Part shown: piece by piece, positions 38,967 to 49,427 of the stretch
Layout: each line of letters opens with the position of its first letter
Numbering within the stretch: the stretch's first letter is position 1
Assembly: GCA_043825875.1 (NCBI GenBank)
Contig: JBDRRF010000076.1
Coordinates: 1 to 64,000, forward strand
Direction: 5' to 3'
From: Pseudomonadota bacterium
GTDB taxonomy: Bacteria; Desulfobacterota; Desulfobacteria; Desulfobacterales; RPRI01
Length of the DNA stretch: 64,000 nt
The notes under the pieces: model-generated
Told to the model about the DNA's origin: nothing
Database searches by the model: none
What the model saw: only the letters and a program-made list of their open reading frames with translations
Position numbers and translations under genes: made by a program

Positions 38967-39218
38967 CAATTTCCCCTAACATTAAGATATTGATGGGGTT
39001 TTCGGGCTCATTTTCCCTGTGTTAATATCAGGTTTATTTTAAATCGGAATAAAAGGCTACAAAAAATATTGAACATAGAATAAAATAGATTAAATTTGTT
39101 TTGAATAAAGCATGTTATGGATGATATGTCAATACAAACAAGCATAATACTTCTGCTCCTTTTTTCTTCTAAAGAAACCTAAAAGCAAATCTTTTTGGCG
39201 GTCGGATCGGATGCAATA

Positions 39219-39575
39219 TCAAGTTTTCTTTTTAAGTACTTTTAGGAGTTTTCCATATAAAGCTATAAATATGTATATGAAAAGCGTTAGTCCCAAGAAT
39301 ATCAACCAGCTATTCAAAAAACTGCCAAGCCAAAATTCCGGCTTTTTACCAAATGCCTGCTGCACCCAAAATGGACCTGGAACAGCAAATCCCTCTGTTC
39401 CAACTGTTGCAGGTGCCGCAATTATTGCGGTTATTAGTGATGAAGATGGTATGAGCAGAATGGCAATCTTCGTGCTGCGTTGCGAATAGTTAACAGTGAG
39501 AATTGCAATACCAACTATCAACGTAGGTCCCCAAACAAAATAAGTCAGTGCTATGATGAAAAGTAATCCGCCCAT
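39219..39575 (-). CDS. Hypothetical membrane protein
   Basis: Three hydrophobic segments; AAGGA RBS. Confidence 0.65.
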   Translation of the reverse strand: MGGLLFIIALTYFVWGPTLIVGIAILTVNYSQRSTKIAILLIPSSSLITAIIAAPATVGTEGFAVPGPFWVQQAFGKKPEFWLGSFLNSWLIFLGLTLFIYIFIALYGKLLKVLKKKT

Positions 39576-39624
39576 ATTGTTCCTTGAAAGACAATGCTAA
39601 AAATCTAACCATTGTTTATCAGAT

Positions 39625-40437
39625 CTATTTGTAATAGTTTTCCTTAGTTAAAATATGTTGTTTCCCGATATTATCTTTCCAGCTAATAGTAAGCAGCTTT
39701 GCACAATTTTCTAATGTTGTTAATGCTACATGGTAATTTAAACCATTTTTATCTTTCAGCTTCCAGATTAAGTCATCATTCGCATTTACAGGATCTCCGA
39801 TTTTGTTCAAAATTCTTTGTTTTTTAAAATTAAAAGAATCGAACAAAACAAAAAGCATACTAGCATATTTGGGAATATCCCTATCATTACCATTCGATTC
39901 CATGCCATCAATTGTGTATTCATATTTTTGTTTTTTAGTTCTTCTTATTTGACAGCCATCTTCTGGCAGAAAAATTTTTAAGCATGTTGAACCTGTTGGC
40001 GTAGCATTAACCTGAGAAAATAAATACTTTTCCCCTTTATTGTTTTTTGCTATAAACAAATTGATTTCGCTAACACACCCATATGTACGCTTAACCAATA
40101 CGTTGTATTCCCTATTGTCTTCTCTGAATAACCAGTTAAATTTTTGAAACGATTTCCCAATACCTTGAACTTCTGCTTTTGTTTTGAATAGATTTTTTAT
40201 CTCATCTTCTTTAGCATTAATTGGAAGTGATTGTGCCTTTGCATACTTTTCTACCGCAAACTCAGGCACCCAAAGAGGAAGCAAATCAAAGGACTTAGCA
40301 CCTTTAAAGTCTAAGCCTTCAGTGCATTTCTTGGATTCCACAATATATGCATTTGATGCACATGATACAATATTTTCTCCGGCCAGTATGTTAACCGGCA
40401 AGAAAATTAAAACTATAAACAAGAAGTATGATTTCAT
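39625..40437 (-). CDS. Secreted hypothetical protein
   Basis: Signal peptide, several Cys. Confidence 0.65.
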   Translation of the reverse strand: MKSYFLFIVLIFLPVNILAGENIVSCASNAYIVESKKCTEGLDFKGAKSFDLLPLWVPEFAVEKYAKAQSLPINAKEDEIKNLFKTKAEVQGIGKSFQKFNWLFREDNREYNVLVKRTYGCVSEINLFIAKNNKGEKYLFSQVNATPTGSTCLKIFLPEDGCQIRRTKKQKYEYTIDGMESNGNDRDIPKYASMLFVLFDSFNFKKQRILNKIGDPVNANDDLIWKLKDKNGLNYHVALTTLENCAKLLTISWKDNIGKQHILTKENYYK

Positions 40438-40632
40438 ATGTTTTCAATTTCCATATTGCTTATAGAAAGGATTGGTTTATTACCCAAAGATCTGAGCTTT
40501 GCCTGATCAATGGTTGGAATATAAACATTGAACATAGAAAAACTAATTATGCTTTTAATAAAGCATGTTATGAGTGATAAGTCAATATATAGAGATTGTA
40601 AAACATTAGCTTACGCTTGGAGGGGAAATGCA

Positions 40633-41031
40633 TCATTTCAAAAGTTCAAATAATTGGAATTTAGAAGCTTTCTTGTCAAAAGTAATAACTGTCTCACAAC
40701 CATTTGTTTTTGCAGAATGCGCGATTAACAGATCAGAAAGATCATGGTTGTTTCCTTGAGCTGAATGAGCGAATTGCTGTAGAGTCGATAGCTGGTCAAA
40801 TTTAAAAATCGGCATCGATAAAAGATCGTTTATGGAATCTAATATTTCTACTCTTGAAATATTATAAACAGATTCTAAAACCCAAACCATTTCTAAAATT
40901 ACAAGTAACGGTACAAATAGTACTTCTTTTTCTGATTCAGCTTTTTTAAAAATCGTATAGACTTGTTTTGCCTGAAGTTCGTCATCCCCAATCAAAAAAC
41001 GAATCAGAATATTTGTATCAACTGCTTTCAT
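40633..41031 (-). CDS. vapC: VapC family PIN toxin
   Basis: VDTNILIR, LEMVWVL, DLLI, TFD. Confidence 0.85.
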   Translation of the reverse strand: MKAVDTNILIRFLIGDDELQAKQVYTIFKKAESEKEVLFVPLLVILEMVWVLESVYNISRVEILDSINDLLSMPIFKFDQLSTLQQFAHSAQGNNHDLSDLLIAHSAKTNGCETVITFDKKASKFQLFELLK

Positions 41032-41276
41032 TTATATTTATCCCGCATCTGATCTTTAATTACATCGTTCATAGTGTCGATGGATACAGCTTTTCTTCCG
41101 GTTTTATGCAATTTACAGAAAATATCATCGACTTTTTTAGAAACTGGCCGAATGATGGCCTCTCTATCTTCTGTAACAATAATTTCTATTTTGTCACCAG
41201 TATTTAATTTTAGAGAATCTCTTATAATTTTGGGGATTGTAATCTGTCCTTTTGTGGTGAGAGTTGCTAATGCCAT
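41028..41276 (-). CDS. AbrB/MazE-type antitoxin
   Basis: TLTTKGQITIPKIIRDSLKLNTGD; 4-bp overlap with PIN gene; upstream CTTACTTATA repeats. Confidence 0.85.
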   Translation of the reverse strand: MALATLTTKGQITIPKIIRDSLKLNTGDKIEIIVTEDREAIIRPVSKKVDDIFCKLHKTGRKAVSIDTMNDVIKDQMRDKYK

Positions 41277-41574
41277 ATCCACCTCCTTACTTATAATTTT
41301 ATCTTACTTATATGTAAGGCGTTAAAACCAAAATGTCAAGATGGTATTTCAGTTGTAAGAAACTCAATGCTCATTATATTTGGGTGAAGTTTGGAATGGA
41401 AATAACGCTCTTGCCACTTTTAGCTTTTAGTTTGCGGCAAGAGCATCATTGTTTGGAAGTATTAAAGTTTGTTTGTGAAGAATTAATAACGGTTTGATGA
41501 ATTTTCAGCAAACCGTCATATATAATCAAACTACTCTTATTTGCTGACAACAGATTATCCTGTCTTTACCGCTC

Positions 41575-42264
41575 CTATGACTGCATCGGTACAATACGGA
41601 TCTCAACACGCCTGTTTTTCTGCCGCCCGGCTTCGGTGCCATTACTTGCTATGGATTTATTCTCGCCATAACCGATTGTAGACATACGCGATGCGCTCAC
41701 ACCCCTGCTTACAAGAGCATTCTTTACACTATCGGCACGCCGCTGGGAAAGTGTCTGGTTATAATCCGGTGCGCCTGTGCTGTCAGTATGGCCGCCAATT
41801 TGAATTCGTGTTTGCGGATATTGATTAAGAACTCTTGCTACTCTGTCCAGTTCATCATAAGCGCCTGGAAATATAGTTGAAGAATTTACAGCAAAAAGCA
41901 AATCGGATTTAAAAGTTACAGTAAGTACATCCTGAACTTTTCTTGTGCTATCCGCCTGTGCTTGTGACAATACTTCCTGTTCGCGCCTTATGCTTGCAGC
42001 CTCGGAATCAGCCAGCGCCTGGCGCATAGCAGCCTCCTGCTTATCCATATAATTGCCGATAGCACCACCGGCCAAACCTCCGGCAGCAGCTCCAATAGCA
42101 GCACCAAGGAGAGTTGCATTAGTATCGCGTCCTATTGCCTGCCCAAGACCGGCTCCAACAGCAGCGCCAACTCCAGTTCCTACGAGAGCACCGGTTTGTG
42201 TTTTAGTTGCACAGCCTGCAAACGCAATAGTAACAATGCTTATCAAAATTATCAGCTTTTTCAT
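41575..42264 (-). CDS. OmpA-family lipoprotein with glycine zipper (YiaD-like)
   Basis: FAGC lipobox, GHTD, LSQRRA, NRRVEI. Confidence 0.9.
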   Translation of the reverse strand: MKKLIILISIVTIAFAGCATKTQTGALVGTGVGAAVGAGLGQAIGRDTNATLLGAAIGAAAGGLAGGAIGNYMDKQEAAMRQALADSEAASIRREQEVLSQAQADSTRKVQDVLTVTFKSDLLFAVNSSTIFPGAYDELDRVARVLNQYPQTRIQIGGHTDSTGAPDYNQTLSQRRADSVKNALVSRGVSASRMSTIGYGENKSIASNGTEAGRQKNRRVEIRIVPMQS

Positions 42265-42538
42265 TTCAACTTTCCTTTCTTAATTCAGTATGTTCAAATT
42301 AGCATTATTTATATATACATCAAAAACATAATAAATAATCTACGCAATAAACTTTACATCATATATATGTTTTTTTAATGCTGGTATGTTACCAAGCCAA
42401 GGATACAATATCAAGTTGAATTTTTATTATATTTGTCAAAATGATCTGTCTATTCCCATTACAATTGTTTGCTTGCAAGTGTATACGTAACTTAAACCTT
42501 GACAGTTAAAGCTTATCTCCATATTGTCGTTATAAATA

Positions 42539-43771
42539 TTGGAATTTTGGAGTACTAACATGTTAAGAATAATAATAATGGCTATTTTGGTTTTTATAAA
42601 TACAGCAGCTTTTGCGTCTGATCTTGAAACAATAGTTGTAGCACCTTCCGAACCTGTTATTTCAGGTAAAAGCATCACTGTTGAAGTATATTTTTTAAAC
42701 CCTTCAGATCAAATCATTACAGCAAATGTACCTAAGATTATTAAACCCAAATTAATTAACAAAAACATAACTCCAATACTACAATTAAGTCCAAAACCTT
42801 TTGAACCTTTGGATAAAATCGATATTCCGGCAAATGGCTTTATAAAAAAACTATACACTTTTGACGTTCCCGAATCTCTTGAAGGCAGTGTTGGTATAGA
42901 GCTTGTTACGTTTACTTCAAAAAGAGTTTTATTCAACGTAGTTAAAACAGATGAAAAAGATCCAAAGTGTGTTTCCGAAACGCCAAAAAGATACGACACC
43001 GCTGAAGAAATTCAGGCTTTATTCCAAAAAGATTTTCCTTATTTTCCCTCTAACGAACCAACCTATTTTGGCGTGGGCACTGATCCTGAAAAAAGCAAAT
43101 TTCAATTCAGTTTTAAATATCGGATTCTTGATGTTGATAAACATGAATGGGCAAAAAACAGGCCATGGCTAAGCGGATTTCATTTCGGGTATACACAAAC
43201 ATCGTTATGGGATCTTAAATCCGATTCCAAGCCTTTTGATGATACAAGCTATAAACCGGAGCTTTTTTACCTAACAAGAAACATCAGGCCTGGCTTTTTA
43301 TCAATGTCACACTTATGCTTAAAATCCGGTTTTCAACATGAATCAAATGGTAAAGGCGGCACGGATTCCCGCAGTACCAATTATCTGTATATAAAACCCA
43401 TTTCGGCTTTTGATTTAGGCAATGATTACCATTTGAAAGTTGCTCCAAAGGTCTGGATATATGCAGGTAATGATAATGATACTAATCCTGATATTAAAAA
43501 TTACCGGGGCTACTTTGATCTTGAACTAAAAGCCGGAAAGAGCAACGGTCTTGCTGTAGGTTCAAACCTGCGTTATGGCAAAAAAGGCGGGAGCATACAG
43601 TTGGATGCAACATATCCGTTTTACAAGATCCTTTTTTTAGACGAAAATCAGGATTGGCTTAACCCGAATTTATACTTTCTTGTTCAGTATTACAACGGCT
43701 ATGCAGAAAGTCTTATCCGATACAATGAAAAGAGTCATGCACTTCGGCTGGGAATTTCTCTTGTAAGATAG
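42539..43771 (+). CDS. Outer membrane phospholipase A (PldA family) with N-terminal extension; start uncertain (TTG 42539 or ATG 42560)
   Basis: KFQFSFK, YTQ.S.W, PF.DT.YKPE, HESNG..SRS.N, GYAESL..YN. Confidence 0.85.
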   Translation: MEFWSTNMLRIIIMAILVFINTAAFASDLETIVVAPSEPVISGKSITVEVYFLNPSDQIITANVPKIIKPKLINKNITPILQLSPKPFEPLDKIDIPANGFIKKLYTFDVPESLEGSVGIELVTFTSKRVLFNVVKTDEKDPKCVSETPKRYDTAEEIQALFQKDFPYFPSNEPTYFGVGTDPEKSKFQFSFKYRILDVDKHEWAKNRPWLSGFHFGYTQTSLWDLKSDSKPFDDTSYKPELFYLTRNIRPGFLSMSHLCLKSGFQHESNGKGGTDSRSTNYLYIKPISAFDLGNDYHLKVAPKVWIYAGNDNDTNPDIKNYRGYFDLELKAGKSNGLAVGSNLRYGKKGGSIQLDATYPFYKILFLDENQDWLNPNLYFLVQYYNGYAESLIRYNEKSHALRLGISLVR

Positions 43772-43814
43772 AGGATGATAAAATCGATAACTGATAGACT
43801 TATAAAAAAGCGTA

Positions 43815-44300
43815 TCAGTATTCATCCAGATGATTGAACTCTGCGTTTTCAAGCCAGAACTCCGGTCTTCTTATAAATTCAATAAGCTGTTCTATTAAAA
43901 ATTTATGTTTCTTTTCTTCTTCAATTATTTTTTTAATTGTTTCCCTATGTCCATCATTGTTTGTATTCTCAAGAAGATCCCCATATATTTCAATGCTTTT
44001 TTGTTCATTTGTTAAAGCAACCTGATATACTTCTTCTTGAGGAGTATTCCCGGAAATCTGAACAGCTTTATCCTTTATATCCTGAAAAATAAATTTTGCA
44101 TCTTTTAAAATAGCAGTATCTTCTAATTTATAATCTCTTTGTTGTTCCATTCTTTCAAAAACAATATAATGCTTTTTTTCATCTTGCGCCAGCAAGGTAA
44201 AAATATTTTTCAAACCAACATCGGTGGCGTTATCGGCTAAATCCGAATAAAATTTTTCCCCGTTCTTTTCTACCTGTTTTGCAAGTTCAAATATTTTCAT
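43815..44300 (-). CDS. Ferritin-like (rubrerythrin family) protein
   Basis: E..G..FY, DEKKH, EEKKH diiron motifs. Confidence 0.85.
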   Translation of the reverse strand: MKIFELAKQVEKNGEKFYSDLADNATDVGLKNIFTLLAQDEKKHYIVFERMEQQRDYKLEDTAILKDAKFIFQDIKDKAVQISGNTPQEEVYQVALTNEQKSIEIYGDLLENTNNDGHRETIKKIIEEEKKHKFLIEQLIEFIRRPEFWLENAEFNHLDEY

Positions 44301-44345
44301 TATAAACCTCCTTATCTTGAAAAAAATGTTAATTTTACTTCAGAT

Positions 44346-44488
44346 GAGCCACTTTCAAAACGTTTCAGTTTGGTCAAGCTCAAAGCGGGAGAAAATTTCA
44401 ACCGCAGGAATACATTGAGTATTTCGAGGAATGGAATTTGAGCCCAACGCTTAAGATCGGCCAAAATGGGGCGTTTTGAAACTGGCTC
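44346..44488. mobile_element. 143-bp MITE-like element with 17-bp terminal inverted repeats
   Basis: GAGCCACTTTCAAAACG ... CGTTTTGAAACTGGCTC (1 mismatch); second copy at 145-270. Confidence 0.8.
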
Positions 44489-44660
44489 TGATATTATACA
44501 ATAAATATCCACAGCAGCAAAACAAATAAACTTTTATAAAACACTATAGCATTCTTAACACTCTATATATTCCTTGACATAAAAAAGGCTTTTACTTAAT
44601 ATTTTCATATAAAAATGCGCCAGGGTTAAACCAAAACACATATATATAAAGGAGCTTTTC

Positions 44661-45518
44661 ATGAAATTGAAATTTCTGTTGATTGCTATAACTTTATCAA
44701 TTGCTACAGCTATTTCTTCGCCCTCTTTTGCCGAAGTCGAATGGAGCGTTTTAAGCCGTTTGCAGATGGACACTTCTCCTATAGACGTTGCCGTCTCTTT
44801 ATCTGATAAGTGGGTTTTCGTTTTAGACGATCATGGAGATATTCTTGTTTTTTCTAAAGATGGCAACTTGAAAGAAAAAATTCATGCAGGAAAGCAATTC
44901 GATCAAATCAGGGTCGGCCCAAGAGATAATCTTCTATTTCTTACAAACAGCAAAAGCAAAACAGTTGAAGTTATGCAAGTTGACTTCATATATAAAATCA
45001 ATACAACCGGTTCTCCTTTCAAAGGACTTTCTAATGCACCGGTTGTTTTAGTAGTTTTTACTGATTTCCAATGCCCTTACTGTGCATACCTTGTCCCGGT
45101 ACTTGATCAGGTTCTGAAACAATATCCGAAAGAAGTAAAAATAGTCTTCAAAAACTATCCGCTTCAGAGTCATAGTTATGCAATGAGTGCGGCAATAGCA
45201 GCACTGGCTGCAAAAAGCCAGGGTAAGTTCTGGGAATTTCATGATCTTCTCTTTAAAAATCATAACCAGCTAAGTGATGAAAAGATCGAAGAGATAATAA
45301 TAAAAACAGCCATAAACAGGCAGGAATTTGATAAGAAGATAAATGATCCCCAACTTTTACAAAAAGTACAGCAAGATATTATTGATGGACTAAATGCTGA
45401 TGTTAGAGGCACCCCATCAGTTTTTATAAACGGAAAACTGCAAAGAGACCTTTCAGTGGAAGGGTTAACAAGCGCTATAGATAAAGATTTAAAAAAATCA
45501 CGGAAACACAGCAAATAA
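44661..45518 (+). CDS. DsbA-family thiol-disulfide oxidoreductase with N-terminal beta-rich domain
   Basis: FTDFQCPYC, GTP, signal peptide. Confidence 0.85.
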   Translation: MKLKFLLIAITLSIATAISSPSFAEVEWSVLSRLQMDTSPIDVAVSLSDKWVFVLDDHGDILVFSKDGNLKEKIHAGKQFDQIRVGPRDNLLFLTNSKSKTVEVMQVDFIYKINTTGSPFKGLSNAPVVLVVFTDFQCPYCAYLVPVLDQVLKQYPKEVKIVFKNYPLQSHSYAMSAAIAALAAKSQGKFWEFHDLLFKNHNQLSDEKIEEIIIKTAINRQEFDKKINDPQLLQKVQQDIIDGLNADVRGTPSVFINGKLQRDLSVEGLTSAIDKDLKKSRKHSK

Positions 45519-45526
45519 GGCCATAG

Positions 45527-46396
45527 CTATAAGCAGGCACCAGGATATTTGGGAAACGGAAACCCCGTTTTTGATTCTTCAGTACCTTTTACTATTGTCT
45601 CAAGAAACGAAAAAGGGAAACCCATTCCCAGCCTGTCACTCTCAAACCTTGCGATAAGTCTTGCACCTAAACAATAGGGAGAAAAGTTGATTTCTTTCAA
45701 TAGATAGGGCCTTACAATTAAATCCGAGCATCCGGCCCGCAGTCCTCCTACGTTTGCTGTTACCCGGTTTCCGGTTATATACTGATAGCCCTGTATAATT
45801 CTGCATAATTCCACAGGTCGTAAAGAAAGTATCACAATATCAGGCGAAATTTCTACCTCTTCAAAATCCGGAGAAAAATAAAATACTCCCTGTGTTAATG
45901 GTGGCTGCAAAGACAGCATTTCCGATAACGCCTTGCGAGCTATGTCTTTTGTTATATATCTCCCAGAATCTTTTTTGCCGAATAAGGCATAATCTTCTTT
46001 TTTAGAATCCTTAAAGGCATAGACCGTACCATCAGCAAATTCAAGCGGTGAAGGCGGGATAAAAGAATCTCCCTTTCCACTGCTCTTTCTCATAATTTCA
46101 GTATATTCTCTCTCCCCTTTCAGAGGAGAAGTTTTATTCTTATCAACAATGCCCAAGCTTATTGCCGCAGCAATACAGCCTATACTATGCTCTGTTAAAT
46201 ATACGGCATCTCCCATCATTGTTGTCCTGATCGAATGGCAGGAAGTTATGGCAATTCCATCAGGCTGGTATTTCTTTACCTCTTCAGGCACAGTTTCATC
46301 TTTTTTATATATTCTGATTCCGGAAACAGGGATATCAAGATTTGGCACATCAAATGCTTTTACAAGTCTTTTTATTAAATCATTAAAATTATTCAT
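45527..46396 (-). CDS. DUF169 family protein
   Basis: TSCH, GCIAAAISLG, AGCSD, PYCLGAR. Confidence 0.7.
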   Translation of the reverse strand: MNNFNDLIKRLVKAFDVPNLDIPVSGIRIYKKDETVPEEVKKYQPDGIAITSCHSIRTTMMGDAVYLTEHSIGCIAAAISLGIVDKNKTSPLKGEREYTEIMRKSSGKGDSFIPPSPLEFADGTVYAFKDSKKEDYALFGKKDSGRYITKDIARKALSEMLSLQPPLTQGVFYFSPDFEEVEISPDIVILSLRPVELCRIIQGYQYITGNRVTANVGGLRAGCSDLIVRPYLLKEINFSPYCLGARLIARFESDRLGMGFPFSFLETIVKGTEESKTGFPFPKYPGACL

Positions 46397-46640
46397 TCGT
46401 CACATTTTCTCTCTAAAATAAATGGCACTACATTGAGTTCTTTGAAGAACTGCTACTTTTGCTGATATCAGTAAAAGCGGTAATCTCAAAAGACTTACTC
46501 AAAGCTTTCAATATACCATATACTTTGTATCACAAAATCCCGCAAGCCGTTTTTGCAAGATGCAATACCACAAAGTTCTTGCCAAAATCAAACAGGTCGT
46601 TTTTATGTTAAAATATTTTCCGGATTCAAAAAGTCCAAAT

Positions 46641-46679
46641 ATTTTTCTATATAATTTTTCTATATAATTTTTCTATATA
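46641..46679. repeat. 13-bp tandem repeat x3 in a divergent promoter region
   Basis: ATTTTTCTATATA x3 followed by TTGACA at 46681. Confidence 0.9.
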
Positions 46680-46917
46680 ATTGACATTTAACAATGTTTC
46701 TGATAATGGCAAAATATAATAACATTTAGTAAAATTTATTGGCTTATAATAAATCCGCCAACAGCTCAGAGGCAAAACCAAGAATTAAAAAGAATAAGAT
46801 TTAGTTAGCATAACTTTCAACTTATTTGTTTGATTAATGGCCGGATATCAATTTTTTATTTACAACAAGATTCGCAATATAATAATTTCAAGCTTTGCTA
46901 AATAGCAAGGAAAGTAA

Positions 46918-47139
46918 ATGCCGCATATCATTATAAAGCTCTATCCGGGAAGATCACAAGAACAAAAGCAAAAGCTGACGGATGCTATAGTAAGAGATGT
47001 TGTCTCCATAGCAAAATGTGAAGCAAAAACAGTATCGGTTGCGATTGAAGAAGTAAGTTCAAATGATTGGGATGAGAAAGTATTTAAGCCGGATATTTTA
47101 GGAAATAAAAACATACTGTTTAAAGAACCTGAAAAATAG
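46918..47139 (+). CDS. 4-oxalocrotonate tautomerase family protein
   Basis: N-terminal Pro, GRS.EQK, VSVAIEEV...W. Confidence 0.85.
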   Translation: MPHIIIKLYPGRSQEQKQKLTDAIVRDVVSIAKCEAKTVSVAIEEVSSNDWDEKVFKPDILGNKNILFKEPEK

Positions 47140-47281
47140 TATCATTTTTAAATTCACATACGCTCTTATAAAAATAGCTTTTAAGAATCAAAAACATTAT
47201 TTTGACACATGGAAAACATTTTTCATATTTTGTGGTAAGTAATTATTGTGTAAGAATACTTTTTCCTTAACCTACTAAATT

Positions 47282-47638
47282 ATGAGATTAGAGATTGTCA
47301 TGAATGAAATAGAATCAAGTTCTGATAGGAGATCTGAAGACAGGCTTTTTGGCAATCAATACCATAGCGTTCAAATTTCAAAACCCGAAATTGTTCTTGC
47401 CTATCAATTCAGAATAAGAAATATTTCCAAGAAGGGTATGTGTATTCTAGTTCGACAAGACTCAAAAATAATGGAATATTTACATGTCGGAGACATAATG
47501 GATATGCAATTTTATCCTTTAAAAAAATCAGATCCTATTGAAAATTCAAAAGTCGAAATCAGGCATATTTCAAAAGATGATAATGGAAGATTCCGGGGGC
47601 ATTATCTAGTCGGTTTAAATAAATTAGAGCCTGAATGA
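47282..47638 (+). CDS. PilZ domain protein
   Basis: RRSEDR and NISKKG motifs. Confidence 0.75.
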   Translation: MRLEIVMNEIESSSDRRSEDRLFGNQYHSVQISKPEIVLAYQFRIRNISKKGMCILVRQDSKIMEYLHVGDIMDMQFYPLKKSDPIENSKVEIRHISKDDNGRFRGHYLVGLNKLEPE

Positions 47639-47870
47639 TTTGATACCCGGGCTTCATGGATTAAATTTAATTTTATTTTTGAGTTCATTATAATACTCTT
47701 ATCAAGCTTACCGGATATTTTTTAAACTCATATATATTTATCAAAAGGCCAGTTACAGATAAGACTGCCTTTTGACAATTCTTACAACAAGTATTAGATT
47801 ATAAAAAATCACATTCAAACTTTTATTCAGATCGAAACCATAGAAAATAATATTGAGAGGAGAATAAGAT

Positions 47871-48365
47871 ATGAGTAAAACGGAAAAAAATTTACTGGAA
47901 GCTTTTGCAGGTGAATCGCAGGCAAATCGCAAGTATCTTGCGTTTGCAAAACAGGCTGAAAAAGAAGGATTGCCACGTATAGCAAGGCTTTTTAGAGCTG
48001 CTGCTGAAGCTGAAACCATACATGCCCATGCTCATTTAAAGGTAGTTGGAGGTATAAACAGCACTGCGGAAAACCTTAAAGAAGCTATAGAAGGTGAAAC
48101 TCATGAATTTAAATCAATGTATCCTGAAATGATAAAAGCCGCTGAAGAGGAAGGAAATAAGGCAGCAATCAGAACATTTACCTATGCCAATGAAGTTGAG
48201 AAGGTGCATGCAGCTCTTTATCAAAAAGCACTTGAAAATATGGATAAGCAGGAATCGGTAGATTATTACATCTGCACAGTATGCGGATACACCTGCGAAA
48301 ACGAGCCGCCCGAAACGTGCCCTGTATGCAATTCAAAAGCAAAAGCTTTTGTTAAAATAGATTAA
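47871..48365 (+). CDS. rbr: Rubrerythrin
   Basis: AFAGESQA, E..H diiron motifs, CTVCG..CPVC. Confidence 0.9.
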   Translation: MSKTEKNLLEAFAGESQANRKYLAFAKQAEKEGLPRIARLFRAAAEAETIHAHAHLKVVGGINSTAENLKEAIEGETHEFKSMYPEMIKAAEEEGNKAAIRTFTYANEVEKVHAALYQKALENMDKQESVDYYICTVCGYTCENEPPETCPVCNSKAKAFVKID

Positions 48366-48370
48366 TACCT

Positions 48371-49396
48371 ATGCCGATTCCGGGAAATCTCCTTACAACC
48401 GCAATGGCGGTTATGCCTCACACGGATGTGGACCAAGCGTTAGAAATGGCTTTATCTCTTGATATTCCGTTCTGGCCGCAACTTCCAAATTACAGCTATT
48501 ATGAAGATATGTATGTTCAGGCTGCAGAGCATTTCCCGGGAATTCTTCTTGATTTAAAAAATAAAACACTTCGCTTTTCACTCGAAAAATTCATCAATGA
48601 ATTCGAAGAAACCATGAGTCATTTTGATGAGCCTGAATATTTTGATATCAGCAATACATATTCCGAAGTTTACCATAAGTTCCTATCGCAAGATTTATCT
48701 GACAGGCCGGCAATCCGGGGGCAGCTTGAAGGGCCTATAAGTTTCGGTTTCAATATTATGGACGAAAACAAGCGCCCTATCCTTTTCGATGATACCGTAC
48801 GCCCTTTTATGATGGAATTTATGGCAAAACGAATAAATGTTCAGCTTTCCCGATTAAAAAAACTAAATAAAAACGCATTTATGTTTATCGACGAACCAGG
48901 ACTTCAGTTTCTTTTTTCAGCTATGTCAGGATACGGGGATATAAAAGCCAAAGGAGACCTGGACCTTTTTTTTTCAATGCTTGATCGTCCCAGCGGCATA
49001 CATCTTTGCGGAAATCCTGACTGGGATTTTTTACTGAACCTGAAACTGGACATATTGTCTTTAGACGTATATACAAATGCCGAAATATTTTCTTCTTATG
49101 CATCATCTATCAAACGCTTTTTAGAACGAGGCGGTGTTATAGTCTGGGGTATTGTGCCTACCGGTTTTGAAAATTTTGAAAAAGAAAGTATTCCGTCTCT
49201 GATTAATCGTCTTGAAGATACGTGGCAGGTTCTTGCAAAAAAAGGAATCGATATAAATTTTATGTTAAGCAAAAGCCTTCTCTCTCCTGCAACTTGCTGT
49301 CTGGTGAATCCCGATAAGGAAAAAACAGTTGAAAAGGCGTTTGAAACAATACAATCAATATCAAGTAAGTTAAGAGAAAAATATCAGCTTTACTGA
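48371..49396 (+). CDS. Cobalamin-independent methionine synthase II-like protein
   Basis: PFWPQLP, FIDEP, HLCG, WGIVP, PATC. Confidence 0.65.
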   Translation: MPIPGNLLTTAMAVMPHTDVDQALEMALSLDIPFWPQLPNYSYYEDMYVQAAEHFPGILLDLKNKTLRFSLEKFINEFEETMSHFDEPEYFDISNTYSEVYHKFLSQDLSDRPAIRGQLEGPISFGFNIMDENKRPILFDDTVRPFMMEFMAKRINVQLSRLKKLNKNAFMFIDEPGLQFLFSAMSGYGDIKAKGDLDLFFSMLDRPSGIHLCGNPDWDFLLNLKLDILSLDVYTNAEIFSSYASSIKRFLERGGVIVWGIVPTGFENFEKESIPSLINRLEDTWQVLAKKGIDINFMLSKSLLSPATCCLVNPDKEKTVEKAFETIQSISSKLREKYQLY

Positions 49397-49427
49397 GCAA
49401 GTTTATCAGGTAAAACGGAACATATTT

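Noticed and set aside
44312..44512. 66-aa ORF
   Set aside because: Lies across the MITE-like repeat; no RBS or recognisable motif
46755..46815. c-di-GMP-I riboswitch suggested by GGCAAAACC
   Set aside because: No GNRA-capped P2 stem or GCAAAGC segment follows
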